Source of the DNA: Octopus bimaculoides
Taxonomy: Eukaryota
Length of the DNA stretch: 64,000 bases
NCBI RefSeq assembly: GCF_001194135.2
Contig: NC_068982.1
Location: forward strand, 36,654,522-36,718,521
Direction: 5' to 3'
Made by a program: the position numbers and the translations under genes. Below are positions 38,111-50,889 of the stretch, in pieces; positions within the stretch are counted from its first letter, which is position 1; each line of letters begins with the position of its first letter. The notes under the pieces are model-generated. The model did no database searches, had not been told where the DNA came from, and saw only the letters and a program-made list of their open reading frames with translations.

Positions 38111-38747
38111 TGCACACACATGTCATCGTCGTTGTTGTTGTCGTCATCACCACCATCAGAAGGGACCCATTTAGAAGAGTAGCAAGTCTGCTCATGTCTT
38201 TCATTTTGGCTTGGTTTCTATGACTACATGCCCTTCTTAACACCAAGCACTTTACATGATATACTGCATGTATTTTATCAACATTTGAGAGGTTATCATG
38301 TCCTCAACTAGACAAAATTAAAGGGTCATCTCGACTCAATGTTTTCTTTAATCAATCCACAATCATCTTTCAGACTTCTGAATACGTTTTATCATGGTAC
38401 CAAGACTAGAAAGGTAGCCTTGTTTGTTAAAAAACAAGACAAAAGGATCTTCTCAGTCCTTCATTTTCTCCAATTGTTCCACATTCACTTCTCAGAGTTT
38501 ATTAGGTATATTTTATTGTAGCACCAGCAGTAGTGAGGTTGCCTTGTATCCAAGAAGACAAGAGGTTGATCATTACTCAATATTGTCACAGTTTGTTTCA
38601 GGCAACATAATCGATAGAATGGGTACAAAAGAAAACAATTGTAGAAGATAAGCTAAGGTGAAATGGAGAAAAAGTACCCAAGTATGAAGTGAGAAACATG
38701 GTAGTGTGGAAGACATTATGGAAAAAGGAGAAATTGGGATGTGTGTG

Positions 38748-38780
<33 letters not shown>

Positions 38781-39141
38781 TTGTGTGGGTGTGTGTGTGT
38801 GTGTGTGCGTGCGTGTGTGCATGTGTTTGTGTGTCTGTGTCTGTGTGTGCACGTGTGTGTTTACATACCAGACACACATTCACATGTATCATTATCATAA
38901 TCATTGTCATCAGTTTACTGTGCACTTTTCCATGCTTGCAGGAGTCAGGGGAAATTTCCCAAGTAGATTTCTTTAGCTAGATACTCTTCCTGTCACCAAC
39001 CTTTACCTTGTACATCATCATATTCACTTCTTCATTCAACCACAAGGTTGAATATGCATCATCGGAGCCTGGAAATGAAAGATATGCTTGTATTGACAGC
39101 GACACTCATTTACATCTATCATGCAATGTCAAGACGTGACA

Positions 39142-39178
<37 letters not shown>

Positions 39179-39522
39179 CATGCACACACACACACACGTA
39201 CACAGATACACTCACATACAGTAGTGAGACAGCATGCATGTGGATAAATTGTGAGGTAACTCACATGCATACATTTGATAAATATGCATTCAACCTTGCT
39301 ATGTAAATAGATCCTGTAGGTAAACCACAAGACTCTCTCAGCAGAATGAACCCAAGAACAGTTTGACTAATTTTGACACACTATTACTATCTTATCAATA
39401 ATGTCCTCTTCTTTTCATCTTGTAATGAGAAGAAACATCTTAGAGTTACTTATGAAATATACTGGGAGTCACAAACACTAATTTAATTCAGTTACATATC
39501 ATTACATTTGCTGGATCTTTTC

Positions 39523-39830
39523 TGTTTGGCTTCACTTTTTGAAATTTTAAAATTAAGTGAAAATTTTCAAATTTGGTATATTGAAATTTTCACTTGTTCC
39601 TGAAAAAATTTAGAAAAATGTAACTAAGGTTTAAAGTTTCAGCATTTTTACCCAATCAGAAAATAGGATTTGGAAGATGACATCTTGTTCATGCTGACAA
39701 CATTATGACGACAAAATATTCAGCAATTGCAGTGTTAATTTCCATAACCAGCATACAAAACTACATCAATACACCAAATTTGAAATCATTCAGATAAAAT
39801 TTGAAGGAATTGAAAAGTGAAAGCCAAACA
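39523..39830. mobile_element. MITE with about 60-bp imperfect TIRs
   Basis: tgtttggcttcacttttt...tcaaatttggtatattga (39523-39584) versus tcaatacaccaaatttga...aaaagtgaaagccaaaca (39766-39830). The internal motif cagaaaa(t/c)aggatttggaag recurs near 62735. Confidence 0.7.
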
Positions 39831-39889
39831 CAAAATAGCCTATTTACTTGTAGTGCATATCATATACTAAAATAATTAAAGTATGTAAG

Positions 39890-40025
39890 TACAGGTATGG
39901 CTCTGTGGTAAAGAAGCTTGCTTTTCAACCACATGGTTTGGGGTTCAGTCCTGCTGTGCAGTGTCTTCTACTAAGACTCAGACTGATCAATACCTTTTGA
40001 GTGAATTTGGTCAACAGAAAATATG
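39890..40025 (+). mobile_element. tRNA-derived SINE, partly deleted
   Basis: acaggtatggctctgtggtaaagaagcttgc...ggggttcagtcc...gtgtcttctacta. Confidence 0.85.
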
Positions 40026-40734
40026 TGGAAGTACTAATGAAACATTTTAAATCTTGTTGTTCACCATGTATATAATGAATTATTATCATTTGGCAGATAT
40101 CAGCATAGATCAGCAAACAATTTGTTCATTGAAATAATAAATAATAAGCTTCAACTCTTGTTAGAGTCATTAGATTGAGATGTCTAAGGCTGATGAGACA
40201 CAGTGATGCTGAAATACCAGTTGTCCCAGAGTCCCTTATGCTAAACAATCAACTATGTTGTGAATACACATTTGCCATAAGGGACTTGTTCTGTGACAAA
40301 ACCACAGCGATTAACTTATTCATGTTTGAATCTAGTATAATGTATTAAGAATAAATATGCAAATCAGTATGAATGTATGTATGCATGTGTGTGTGTGTGT
40401 GTGTGCATGTGTGCGTGCACATGCATGTGTGCATGCACGTGCATGTGTGCATGCACATGTGTGTGTGCTTATGCTTGTTAGTGTAAACAAGTGTAGTGAG
40501 CTGTGTCACTTTTCTGTTAAGAACATAATTTACAGATTCAATAAATAAAGATCAATAAACTAGAAGACTAAATTAAGTACTGGGACCAATAACATCAACT
40601 TAAAGAACACAGAAATATACCGGCAGCAACAGATGAAAATCGTCTAGCAGCACCAGTAGTATTGCTAAATGTGTATTTCTGTTTCTTTGAGTGTTATCAG
40701 CAATAAGTATCCACTGGCACCACATGCCAAGAGA

Positions 40735-40940
40735 AAATCAGCCACCAGCCGATATAGTTAAGCAGTGACTGAAAAATTACCAGTGTTGCAATTAACTTGT
40801 GCTCATTCTCAGCAGTGTGAATTAAAACGAAGTGAAACAACGGACCTCAATCAAGGACACAACACAGTGCTTGATCTGAGAATGGAACCCACAATCTGAT
40901 AATTAAAAGCCCAATACCCAAACCACTTATCATGTGCCTT
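40735..40940 (-). mobile_element. Second tRNA-derived SINE family
   Basis: caaggacacaacacagtgc...gaatggaacccacaatc...aaccact is the reverse of a B-box and a CORE-like tgttgtgtccttga motif. Confidence 0.55.
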
Positions 40941-41359
40941 CACATACACACATATCTATATACTTATTACATTTTACTTATTCTATATAATCAATATAGA
41001 AAAATGCATTAAGTTAATATACATTGCATTTGTGTAACACGTAGAGGATAACAGCATAAATAGAATAAGCAAAATATATAACCTTAGCTGTTGTTAACAA
41101 AAAAAAAGATAGCTTAGAGTTAAGGGCATTATATATTATTTACATGAGGGAAAACTGAATTTGTTAATAGCAAATATGAATAACAGAAACTAAGTAAATT
41201 AAATATTAAAAAAATAATAAGAGATAATAGCTGGAACAAATTCAAGTAGGTTAATTGCAAAGAATATTTTTTTACTCTGATAATTCTGATTATTATCATT
41301 ATTCGATGAGCTGTCAGAATCATTAGAAAACATGCCTTGTGATATTTGTTCTGAATCTG

Positions 41360-41515
41360 TATGTATTGAATTCAAATCCATAAGAGGTTGACTTTACCTT
41401 TCATCCTTTTAGGACCAATAAAATTAAGTACCAGTCAAGTACTAGGGTCAATGTTTTCAACTAACACCCACCTCCTCAAAATTTACTGGTCTTTTCCCTA
41501 ATTAGAAGCAAAAAT
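41360..41515 (+). mobile_element. SINE fragment with a Nin/Deu-like central domain
   Basis: ttgactttacctttcatccttttaggaccaataaaattaagtaccag...actagggtcaatg. Copies near 47670 (+), 50270-50510 (-), 53865-54050 (-) and 59915-60135 (-). Domain name recalled from the literature. Confidence 0.65.
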
Positions 41516-41705
41516 TTTTGTTTGTATTTCAACTTATATCATTTAAAAGTGTAAACAATTCTTTTTGTTTTCATATTGAGTTTGAATCATGTCTAGGTGC
41601 AGGCATGGTTGTGTGGTAAAGCAGCTAGCTTTGGAATCATATAGTTAAGAGTTTAGTAAAACTGTGAGGATGTTGTCAGCTAGTGTCCTCTACTATAACC
41701 AAACA

Positions 41706-42660
41706 TTAACCAAAGACTTGGGCTTCATCTTTACCATAAAGTTTGAGATCATCCATGAATAACAAATGGTTGACTTTTTGTTGGTGGCTTTTGAATACAT
41801 ACCTAACTTTTGCTTTCCTCATTATCAGTGTTAGTGGTATCAAGCACAGTACAAAGATCAGTGGGGATAGGCAGTTCCCTTGGAAGATGTCCCTCCTGAT
41901 TTCTACTGTCCCTAAATTTCTTCTGTATGCTGTCATGCCCGTCCTCCAATTCGCCATACTTTTTCCAAGCAATCGATCAACATTTGATGCAATACCAAAT
42001 AGGTTCATACATTCCATTATCCAAGAGTGTGGGATCATGTCGTACGCCTTACGATAGTCGATCCATGACATGGCTAAGTTACTTTTCCTCCTCTTGCAGT
42101 CTCTAAGTACAGTTTTGTCTACCAGAAGTTGATCCTTGATACCTCTGCACTTACACTTGCAACCCTTCTGCTCATGTGGCAGGACTCTATTTTCTTCCAG
42201 ATGTTCATACATTGACTCTGCGAGCATTCCAGTCAATAATTTCCACATAAGTGGTAAACAGAATATCGGCCGTATTGCCTTTTTCAATGATTTTCAAGCA
42301 CAGCACTGTCCTACCTAATGTCAACCACTCTGGTGTTACTTGGTCAGCATTTAACAAGGTGTTGAGTTGCACAGCTATTCATGCATGACATTCACCAAAT
42401 CTTTTGATCCAGTAGCCTTGAACTCCATCTGGTCCCGGGGCCTTCCAGTTGCTCATTTTTTTGCTGATTTCCTTCACTTCCCTAACTGAAATGACTAGTT
42501 CTGCCTGTTTTGGACAGACTACTGTTTGTTTCAGTTCCTGCAACCATTCAGCATACTTCTTGTGCTCCTTGTCTTTGCTCCAGATGTCACACCAAAACCT
42601 TTGACTTTCATTGTTATCTGGTATCAACTTTTCATCTGCGCACCCTCCATTTATTTCTTT
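41706..42660 (-). mobile_element. R4/Dong-type (RLE clade) non-LTR retrotransposon RT fragment
   Basis: NWKAPGPDGVQGYWIK...[15 protein letters not shown]...EQKGC...KDQLLVDK...[16 protein letters not shown]...[12 protein letters not shown]...[13 protein letters not shown]. Truncated at both ends. Confidence 0.85.
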
Positions 42661-42678
42661 ATTATTATCATCATCATC

Positions 42679-42728
<50 letters not shown>

Positions 42729-42740
42729 TATTATTATTAT
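42660..42740. repeat. Compound (ATT)n/(ATC)n microsatellite
   Basis: Read directly. It abuts the 5' edge of the R4-type fragment. Confidence 0.95.
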
Positions 42741-44170
42741 ATTGTTGGTGATGATGAAAGTGATAAAGAAGTTGTGATGGCAATGAAAACAGCCAGAAAA
42801 TAACCAGAGCAACAATGATCATGATGACAAAATCTGTTCATAAGTGCTATTTTATGATTTGATTATTCACTCTGAGTATTTAAACACCATCATCAATCAA
42901 AATGAAAAACTTTAAAAAACAAATCATCTTGTGTTTCCTGTAAAGCAGACATCAAATTCCAAGTTGAAACTTTATTGCAATTTTATTTAATCATTATTAG
43001 TTGACACTGAAGATTATATCCAAATTCCAGCGAAATTCATTCTATTATTGTTAACAGTTTAAACAAGGAAAGAGAAGAAAAGATATTTTAGTATTTTAAT
43101 AATATGATTTAAAAAAAAAAACATAATTTATGAATTAATTAATTTGTATACATTATCGTCTATTACACAATAAATTTATGAAAAATTATATCAGATGTTG
43201 CGAACATAATGAATATTGTATGAAAATTTTTGTCCTAAATCATAACTTGCAATCAAAAGATGTATCACAGCCGAAGCATTTTTTAAAAATCAAATAATCA
43301 TTATTGTCATTTCCAGTAGTTAGAAATATTGTCATTTCAAATAACTGAAATTATTTTGAATTACAGAACGATAATGATTATGTGATAAATCAAATCTTGA
43401 AAGAATTTATATTAATTTTATATATGAAACAGTAGGAAACGTATATTTGATAAGTATCTTCAAAAAGTTTTGGCAATTGATGAAATCAAAATCTAAGACT
43501 ACTTGATGTTTGCTTATAGTTCTCTCAAGAAATTTATCGTGTTAATTTAACAATTACCAAACAAAAGAGAAATGATATGAATAATATTTTTAATGTTGAC
43601 ATTCAATATCTAACTCAAAGAATTATATTGTAACTTCAAAGGTTTTGGTCATAACATAGACTCTAGTCTTTACATAGGTGATTTTAGATAATAATATCAC
43701 TGATATTTAAAAAATGAAATTTACTTTATTAAGAGTTAATTTTGAATATAATGCAGAGGAATATCACTTGAAAATATGTAAGTCAAACAAAGGATGCTAC
43801 GTGTTAATTTTAGAATAACATTTTTTCACAGCAAATTGAAGAATTTTGACCAAACAATATATGTATGCATGCATGTATGTATGTATGTATGCATGCATGC
43901 ATGCATGCATATATATATATATATACATACACACACATATATACATGCATACATAAATGTGTGTGTGTGTTCAACTCTTGGCCTTTCAAAACAGATGTAA
44001 CTGACTGATTTTGGTTTTGTAATTATCAAGATGATAAATGTTGAAAAGACTTCACAACTATTGTTAAGTTTTGAAAAATGCTATACCTTATGGATGTCAG
44101 TTAACTTACATAAGATCTGTTTTGTAGTTGCTTATTGAAAATGTGTATGTTGTTGTTGTTGTTGTTGTTG

Positions 44171-44226
<56 letters not shown>

Positions 44227-44844
44227 TCTTTTTGTTCTTGTAGTTGTAGTCTTGTGTGAACAACATAAATGTTATAGCTTAACCTAACCAAAATGTCATT
44301 TTTGTTTCAATGCTTACAATTACTCTTATTATTATTCACTTGTTCTTTTGAAATTGAATGTCACAAAAAATCACAGTCATTAACTTCGATGTAATTCAAC
44401 ATTAAGACAACATATGTGTGGGGTAGTTTCTTTACATATAAACACTATACAATATTTTACATGAAAATATTTTAAGTATTTCTGTTTGAAAACTTTATCT
44501 CATAATGTAAAAGATCACTAATCAACATATATTCTGCAATACTGTAGTAGTTTTAGCTACAAATAGATATTAATTTTTACTGATATTTCAGCTGCTTTCT
44601 GGTATGACAGTTTTTTAGATGGCAAATGGTAGTGTAATCAGTGAAAATATTCACATTTAATAAAAACATTTATGAGCAGCCTGTCTTCTCAGAGACAGGC
44701 TACAGTGTATCATAGTTATTTTTCTCAGAAAAGCCTGGTTTCAATTCCCACAGATAAATGAAGTGAGAAACATACTTATATATCCTACAATGGATTTGCA
44801 GAGGATATCAACCCATGCTTGGGAGTTGGTAATCCAATATTTTA

Positions 44845-45220
44845 ATTTCTTTTATCTTTTATATGTTTCATTCATTGGACTGTGGCCAAGCTGTGGCACC
44901 ACCTTGAAAGATTTAGTTGAATGAATCATCCCCACCAAATTCCACCCCAGTACTTTTTTTTTTGTAAGCTACAGGAACATAAACAAACCAGCCCCAGTTG
45001 TCAAGTGGTGCTCGGGACAAGCACAAACACAAAGAAATACACACACACACATGCATATACACTATGAGCTTCTTTCAGTTCCCCTCTACCAAATTCACTC
45101 ACAAGGCTTTAGTTGGCCCAAGGCTATAGTAGAAGACACTTGCCCAAGGTACCATGCAGTGGGACTGAACCCACAATTGTGCAGTTACGAAGCAAACTTC
45201 TTATCACAGAGTCACATCTA
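44845..45220 (-). mobile_element. Near full-length tRNA-derived SINE
   Basis: Reverse complement of the 32925-33280 family, including the 3' cattggactgtggccaagctg end and the head agtgggactgaaccc. Confidence 0.9.
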
Positions 45221-45435
45221 TGCTTTCTATGTTTTTTTTCCCCCCGTATTAAAATGTCTGACAAGAAATAAAGTATATCTTCGAAGTTCTATTTTTATAT
45301 CTTTGTATCTTTATAAGTACTTGAAATAGTGATGTTATGATTTAAAAGTTGGTGTAGCACATGTTATTTTTAAAAATCTTAGTTCTGATATAATATTTCC
45401 ACCTATTTATATACTAGCCTTTATTGTGATAGTTC

Positions 45436-45619
45436 TGTATATTGAGATCAGAAAATAAAGTATTAAGCAATTAGTCTTAAGCCATATATTTTCTAAGTGA
45501 ATGACTACAACAAAGTTAGCTTTAATGTATGTTGAGATCTGAAAATAATAAAGTACTAAGCAATTAGTCTTAGAGTGTTATATTTTCCAAGTGAATGACT
45601 ACAACTAAGTTAGCTACAA
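45436..45619. repeat. Tandem duplication of an approximately 90-bp unit
   Basis: Units 45436-45525 and 45526-45619 share tgtat.ttgagatc.gaaaat...taagcaattagtctta...aagtgaatgactacaac.aagttagct. Confidence 0.9.
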
Positions 45620-46973
45620 TGAAGTGAATTTCTTTGATTTATCTTATGTGGTGTTTGTTGTTTTCACTTTAAAGGTGAAAATAAGAAACATCTGAAGAAC
45701 CTTATCTCCTTTAATTACTATTTGCCTCAGTATTCAGTTTTCAAAATAGAAAAGCAAAGCTTAGAATATCAGAGAAGAATGCACAGGAAGATGGAAACCT
45801 ATTTAAGTATTCAGTGTTGTAATTGTAAATATCCAGAAAACATTCTTTTAGATGGTGTATTGTTGGTTGATTTTGTTTTTATGTTTGCTTGTTTCTTCTT
45901 TTACATGGCATTTCATTTTGTACAAAATTAAAATATAAAAAAAAAAATGTCTAGAAAATATAATATCAAACTTGCTGGGTACTAAATCTGACTATTATCC
46001 AGAAATGTCAGTACAGCCTACTTGGTAGAGCATTGGATTACTTTAGCCAGAAAACAGGCTCACTTCCTATTGTTAGCTAAAACTTCATTGTACTCTACTT
46101 TCTGTCAACTGTTGATTCATATAATTGAAAAACTTATGCATTAGCACTTTAATTTAAGGATGCCAATTATCTATATTTTTTTTTATTACTATGTTTGATA
46201 GGTAGAAGTATTTTGCACAGTACAAAGAGCCACTTTCAGATCAGAAAGGGAAGGGTGTGAGTAAGATTACTGCAGTTTCTGAGGAATTTGAGAAGCTGGA
46301 GGTTAATTTTATTATCTGAAAGAGGAGGAAGTATAACAGAAAGTGATTTATAGAGTGGCAGATTGAATTTATTATTTGGTGTTATGTTTAAGGAGTGAAA
46401 CAATATCGATGATATAAAGCACTGAGATTGTGGGTGCAACTATCATGAAGAAGTAATGTTTATACGGAAAGTTTTGAAAACTAGAGACTGTAATCGCAAT
46501 AGTGAAAGAAACAACGACAAACGAAAGTGAAGGTTTCAATTAAGGAAAGTATTTAATTAAGCAGATAGAAATATTTTTCAAAGCTGTTGTTCAGTCTCAA
46601 GTTAGCACTGATTGAAAAGCATTCAAACCATGAGCAAATTGTCTTTTTTTCAGCAATAATGTACCCTGGACAACACTATCCAATGTGTTTTCTTATAAGA
46701 TGGTCGGGTGTAGTAGATTTAGCTATTATCTCTATCAAGTCATGCAACCATATCTAGGCTCTTTCATTGGCTTAACGCAATATAGGATGGCAGTTATACA
46801 AAGAGACAGCAAACTATAAAGAAACAACATACTTAAGACAGCATAACGTTGTATTTTACAAAGTCAATGGCTCAAAAAAGAATGAAGCAAGAGTAAGAAG
46901 ATATCAATGGACAAATGATGTAAGAAGCTTTTGTGTTCAACTTCTAAATATTTGGATGTATTTGCCACATACC

Positions 46974-47338
46974 TTAACCTTTTGACTGCATAATTAAATT
47001 TCATGGTCATTCCTGTAATCATGTCAATTGTCAATCAAAAAATAGAATTGATATTTCCTGCATTTGCAATACATTTTCAATACCTCCAGTAGTTACAGTA
47101 TTCATATTATCCACAACTGAAAGCATTTGATTCTTGTTCAATAAAGAAATATTTGATGAAATATGTGAAAAAAAAAGAAAATCTGAAAAATTGTCGTTTG
47201 TAAAGTGTCATTGGGGTTTCTCCACTTCTTGCAATATAAGGAAAGGACTTTCAAAGTTGTGGGGTAAAACTGCTTTCTGCAGTTAATGATGATAACATTT
47301 TGAGTGGATATACCCACTTTCTGCATTCAAAGGGTTAA
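46974..47338. mobile_element. piggyBac-type MITE with TTAA target-site duplication
   Basis: TTAA|CCTTTTGACTGCA...TGCATTCAAAGGG|TTAA, 13-bp TIRs with 2 mismatches. The right-end sequence recurs at about 33810-33870. Confidence 0.8.
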
Positions 47339-48387
47339 TTACAATACTCTTTACTTCAAAGATTTTCATTTATTCTATGCTAGTATAATGGGATTTTTCT
47401 CTAATTCTTTACAGACTCTTTTCTCCAATTCAGTGTTAACAAGCTTCTTGGTATTCTGACAGAAGTAAAATTGCATCCTTTGCAGAGGAGTATAATTCCT
47501 TGTTTAGAGATATGACTGAACTCTTGACATTATATACAAAACAAATTTGTTAATATTTCTAACTTAATTCAACCCTTTTAGCTAACATTAAAGCAATTTT
47601 GAAATCAAATAGAATTTAAAGACTGATTATGCCTTTGCCATCCTTCTCATTTTTACCATATGAGTCAATTGATTTCTTGCCCTTCTGAGTCAACTTTGCC
47701 TTTCATCACTTTGAAGGTTGCTAAAACATTGGAGTCAACCAAATTATTTCCTCTTACATTAAACTAACTGTATCTGACAAAGAAAAAAAAAGTTGATCTA
47801 TTCCAGAACTAGACTTCTTCAAAAATCTTCTTTAGCTTAAAATTAGATCTTCAATAGAGTACTAAATATTTTCATGAAATGTTCCAGAACAAAACTTATA
47901 AAACTTTGTTTTCACTTATATCAAAAGAATATTATTTCTAATAAGAACATGCATTTTTTAACTTATTCTTTAATGAAATTCTTTATAGAAATAGATTGAA
48001 AAGAAACCTTATATATTTATGACTAGCTAACTAGATTTCATGCTTTATTTTTTCTCCTTCCCTAATAATATTTTTTTAGTATATATAAGTACTTAAACAC
48101 TTCTGTTTCATGTTAGTGCATTTATGAGCTACTGATGACATTTTATGGCAATTGGCCAGCCTCTATGAAGTTAGGAAATGATGAGTCTACATGGTAGAAT
48201 GTAAAGATGAAAGACTTTCTAACTAACATATATCCAATACTTTGTACAATTAGAGTATTCAAACTGCGATTTTTTAACCACAAGCTTTGAGTTTCGATTT
48301 AACTGAATGGCAAGTGTTTTACCATTGCCAAGGGTTGACCAAAGCCTTACAAGTGAAATTTGATGGACAGAAACTGAGTGGAAGTCC

Positions 48388-48447
<60 letters not shown>

Positions 48448-50889
48448 CGCGTGCATGTGTGTTTTGTCAAAAATATACACATTTGTAAAAAAAATTACTG
48501 ATAAACCACTGCAACAAACAGAAATACCTTATGGCATTTTATTCCATATAAGTTTTCTTTGTCATTTTTGTTATCAGAAATGCAGTGAACTAAAGAATGG
48601 CCCATTAATGGAAAGTCACAACCAACACTGCTAATGTTCATAAAATAAACATGTACATTTTTTTCTAGTTTTTTTTTTTTTTTTTAGCTATTTCACAACA
48701 TAAATAAAGAAATAACTCATACTGGTAACAGTCACCATAGATGTAATACATTTGTTAATTTCTATAGAACAGTAAAAGTTACTTTTTTTCTCATGTATTT
48801 CACCAACTATACAAATTTATGAAAACAGCATTACTTTAGCCACTGCAACTCTTTTAATACCAACTTGAAAATTTGTTTCTGATTAAAATCTCGCTAAACA
48901 TGAATGACATATTTCAGTTGGAAAACACCATATAATATACCAATAGATATAACTGCAGCTATTTTACTGGCTTCAACATCTTGAATTTATCAAATATTTC
49001 TTTGAAATACATTGACATTCATTAGGGTTCAAAATATATCTGACAGGTGCTCCAAAATTCATCATCAGTGATGTTCCTGGTTTCTTTGGGGATTTCAGAT
49101 CTTTCTGTTTCAGATCTCCAGCTGGAACTGATCAAGTTCTGATTTGCAGCCCAACAGGAACTTGCTACAGATTTGCCCTCTTTATCCATAGCTATCTGGC
49201 AACTTTTTCTATAGCTTCAATGAAGGAACATGTAGCCCATCTCTTTGCTGGGCTTGAAGTCACTGGTGAAATACACAGGTATTCATTAAAAATATAGTTG
49301 TGAAAGGAATAACCAAATTTTTAAAATTTTCTATTTATAAAACTTGAATTATTGACTGCTCTCTTAAAAAAATAAAATTAAATGGATTCTGAAAAGATTC
49401 CAGTTCTATGTTTTAGACCTGATATTGTGTGATCGTGTTACATTTGCATCTGGATGTTTTGATAATTTTTCTATAAGCAACATGCTCACTGATGGGTCTC
49501 AAACCACATGGATGTCGATTACTGAGTGAATGTGTTACTGACTACACAACAAATCACCTGCCAGCACACCTATCATTTCAAATTTGGGTCTTACATTTAT
49601 TTATTTATTTATTTTACTATTTTTATCTCTTCAAGATAATTAGTTGATTGCTTAGTATATCAAAACAGGTTATAACCACAGATTTAAACATATGTAGATA
49701 CATGGTTGAAATCCCTTGAGTGAATTTCTGCTGCTCTTTACAATGTCAAATTGGTACTTATAATGTCTAATATCACTTTACATTGTAAAATATTAGTAGT
49801 TGCTTACCTGCTATTGCCTAAAATGAAGCACACAGCAATGAAATATAATTTTGCTGTCAGAAGAGATAACTTACAACTACTTCAAACCAAAGTTAAATAA
49901 ATGCATGACTGGATATTTCAACTTATTTAGTCAATAGTAAATGTTTATGATCTATCTTATATTTTCTCATCCTTTTCCTTTCATTGATATAAGGTGTATA
50001 GTTAGTAAGTTCACTTCATAATCACATGGTTCCAAGTTCAATTCTTCTGTGTGATACCTTGGAAAAGTGTTTTCTATCATTACTTCAGGTCATTTTAAGC
50101 CTTGTGAATGACATTTCTTTTTCATCTTTAAGTCAAGAAAGAATATAGTGCTCATGATCTTTACAGGGCTTTTGAGACAAGTGAGAGGGAGAGAGGAAAG
50201 AATCCTCAAATTGGTTTGAATATTTGCAACTTAGTGGGCTCAAGGAGTGGGGTTGTGATGTTAAACCAGGCAAAACTAGGCCATGATAGTATTTGAACTC
50301 AGAATGCGAAAGATCAAAGCAAATCCCATAAAGGTATCCTTCCTTTTACTCTTAATGTTCTGCCAATTCACAATTGTAGACTGTATTTTTTAGTAACCTT
50401 GAAAGGATGAAAACAACATTGATCTTACCAGGATTTGAACTCAGAAAGCAGAGAATTGGAACAGATACTCTGAGACATTCTAACTCATGCTCTAATAACT
50501 CAGTTAATTCACTGCCTCAGATAGATAGAACCTATGCAGAAGTTCATCAGATGAAATATATCTATCCTTGGGTGACTCCAGGGCACCTTTAGCGAAGCCC
50601 AACCCACTCTGGTGGACAAAATCACCAATCTAAAATTAACTGAATACCCTGGTGCAATGCTATCTTGATTTATGTTCCCCACTTCCAATTATTTTGAAGG
50701 CTCTGCAGGATGTCATAAGCATTGTCTTTCCTACCTTGACAATGATGAAAAAAAAAAGAAAAAAAGTTCCACTTTCTTCTCTATTTTTCTTGTTTCTCAA
50801 TTCTATATAAAAATACAGTTATTTGATAAAATGAGGTTCATTACATTGACTTCTGACACTTCATTCAGGAAATTAATATCTCTGATACT

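Noticed and set aside
41743-42318. Plus-strand ORFs over the R4 fragment, and minus-strand ORFs over the RTE (51095-52943) and Tx1 (34512-35602)
   Set aside because: They are antisense shadows of retrotransposon coding sequence.
44678-44701. 9-bp hairpin AGCCTGTCT/AGACAGGCT (and an 8-bp hairpin at 63052-63071)
   Set aside because: Stems this short are expected by chance in 64 kb, and there is no supporting context.
47415-47530. Protein-like minus-strand reading ISLNKELYSSAKDAILLLSEYQEAC*
   Set aside because: All three frames are similarly open, the splice sites are ambiguous, and I cannot recognise the peptide.
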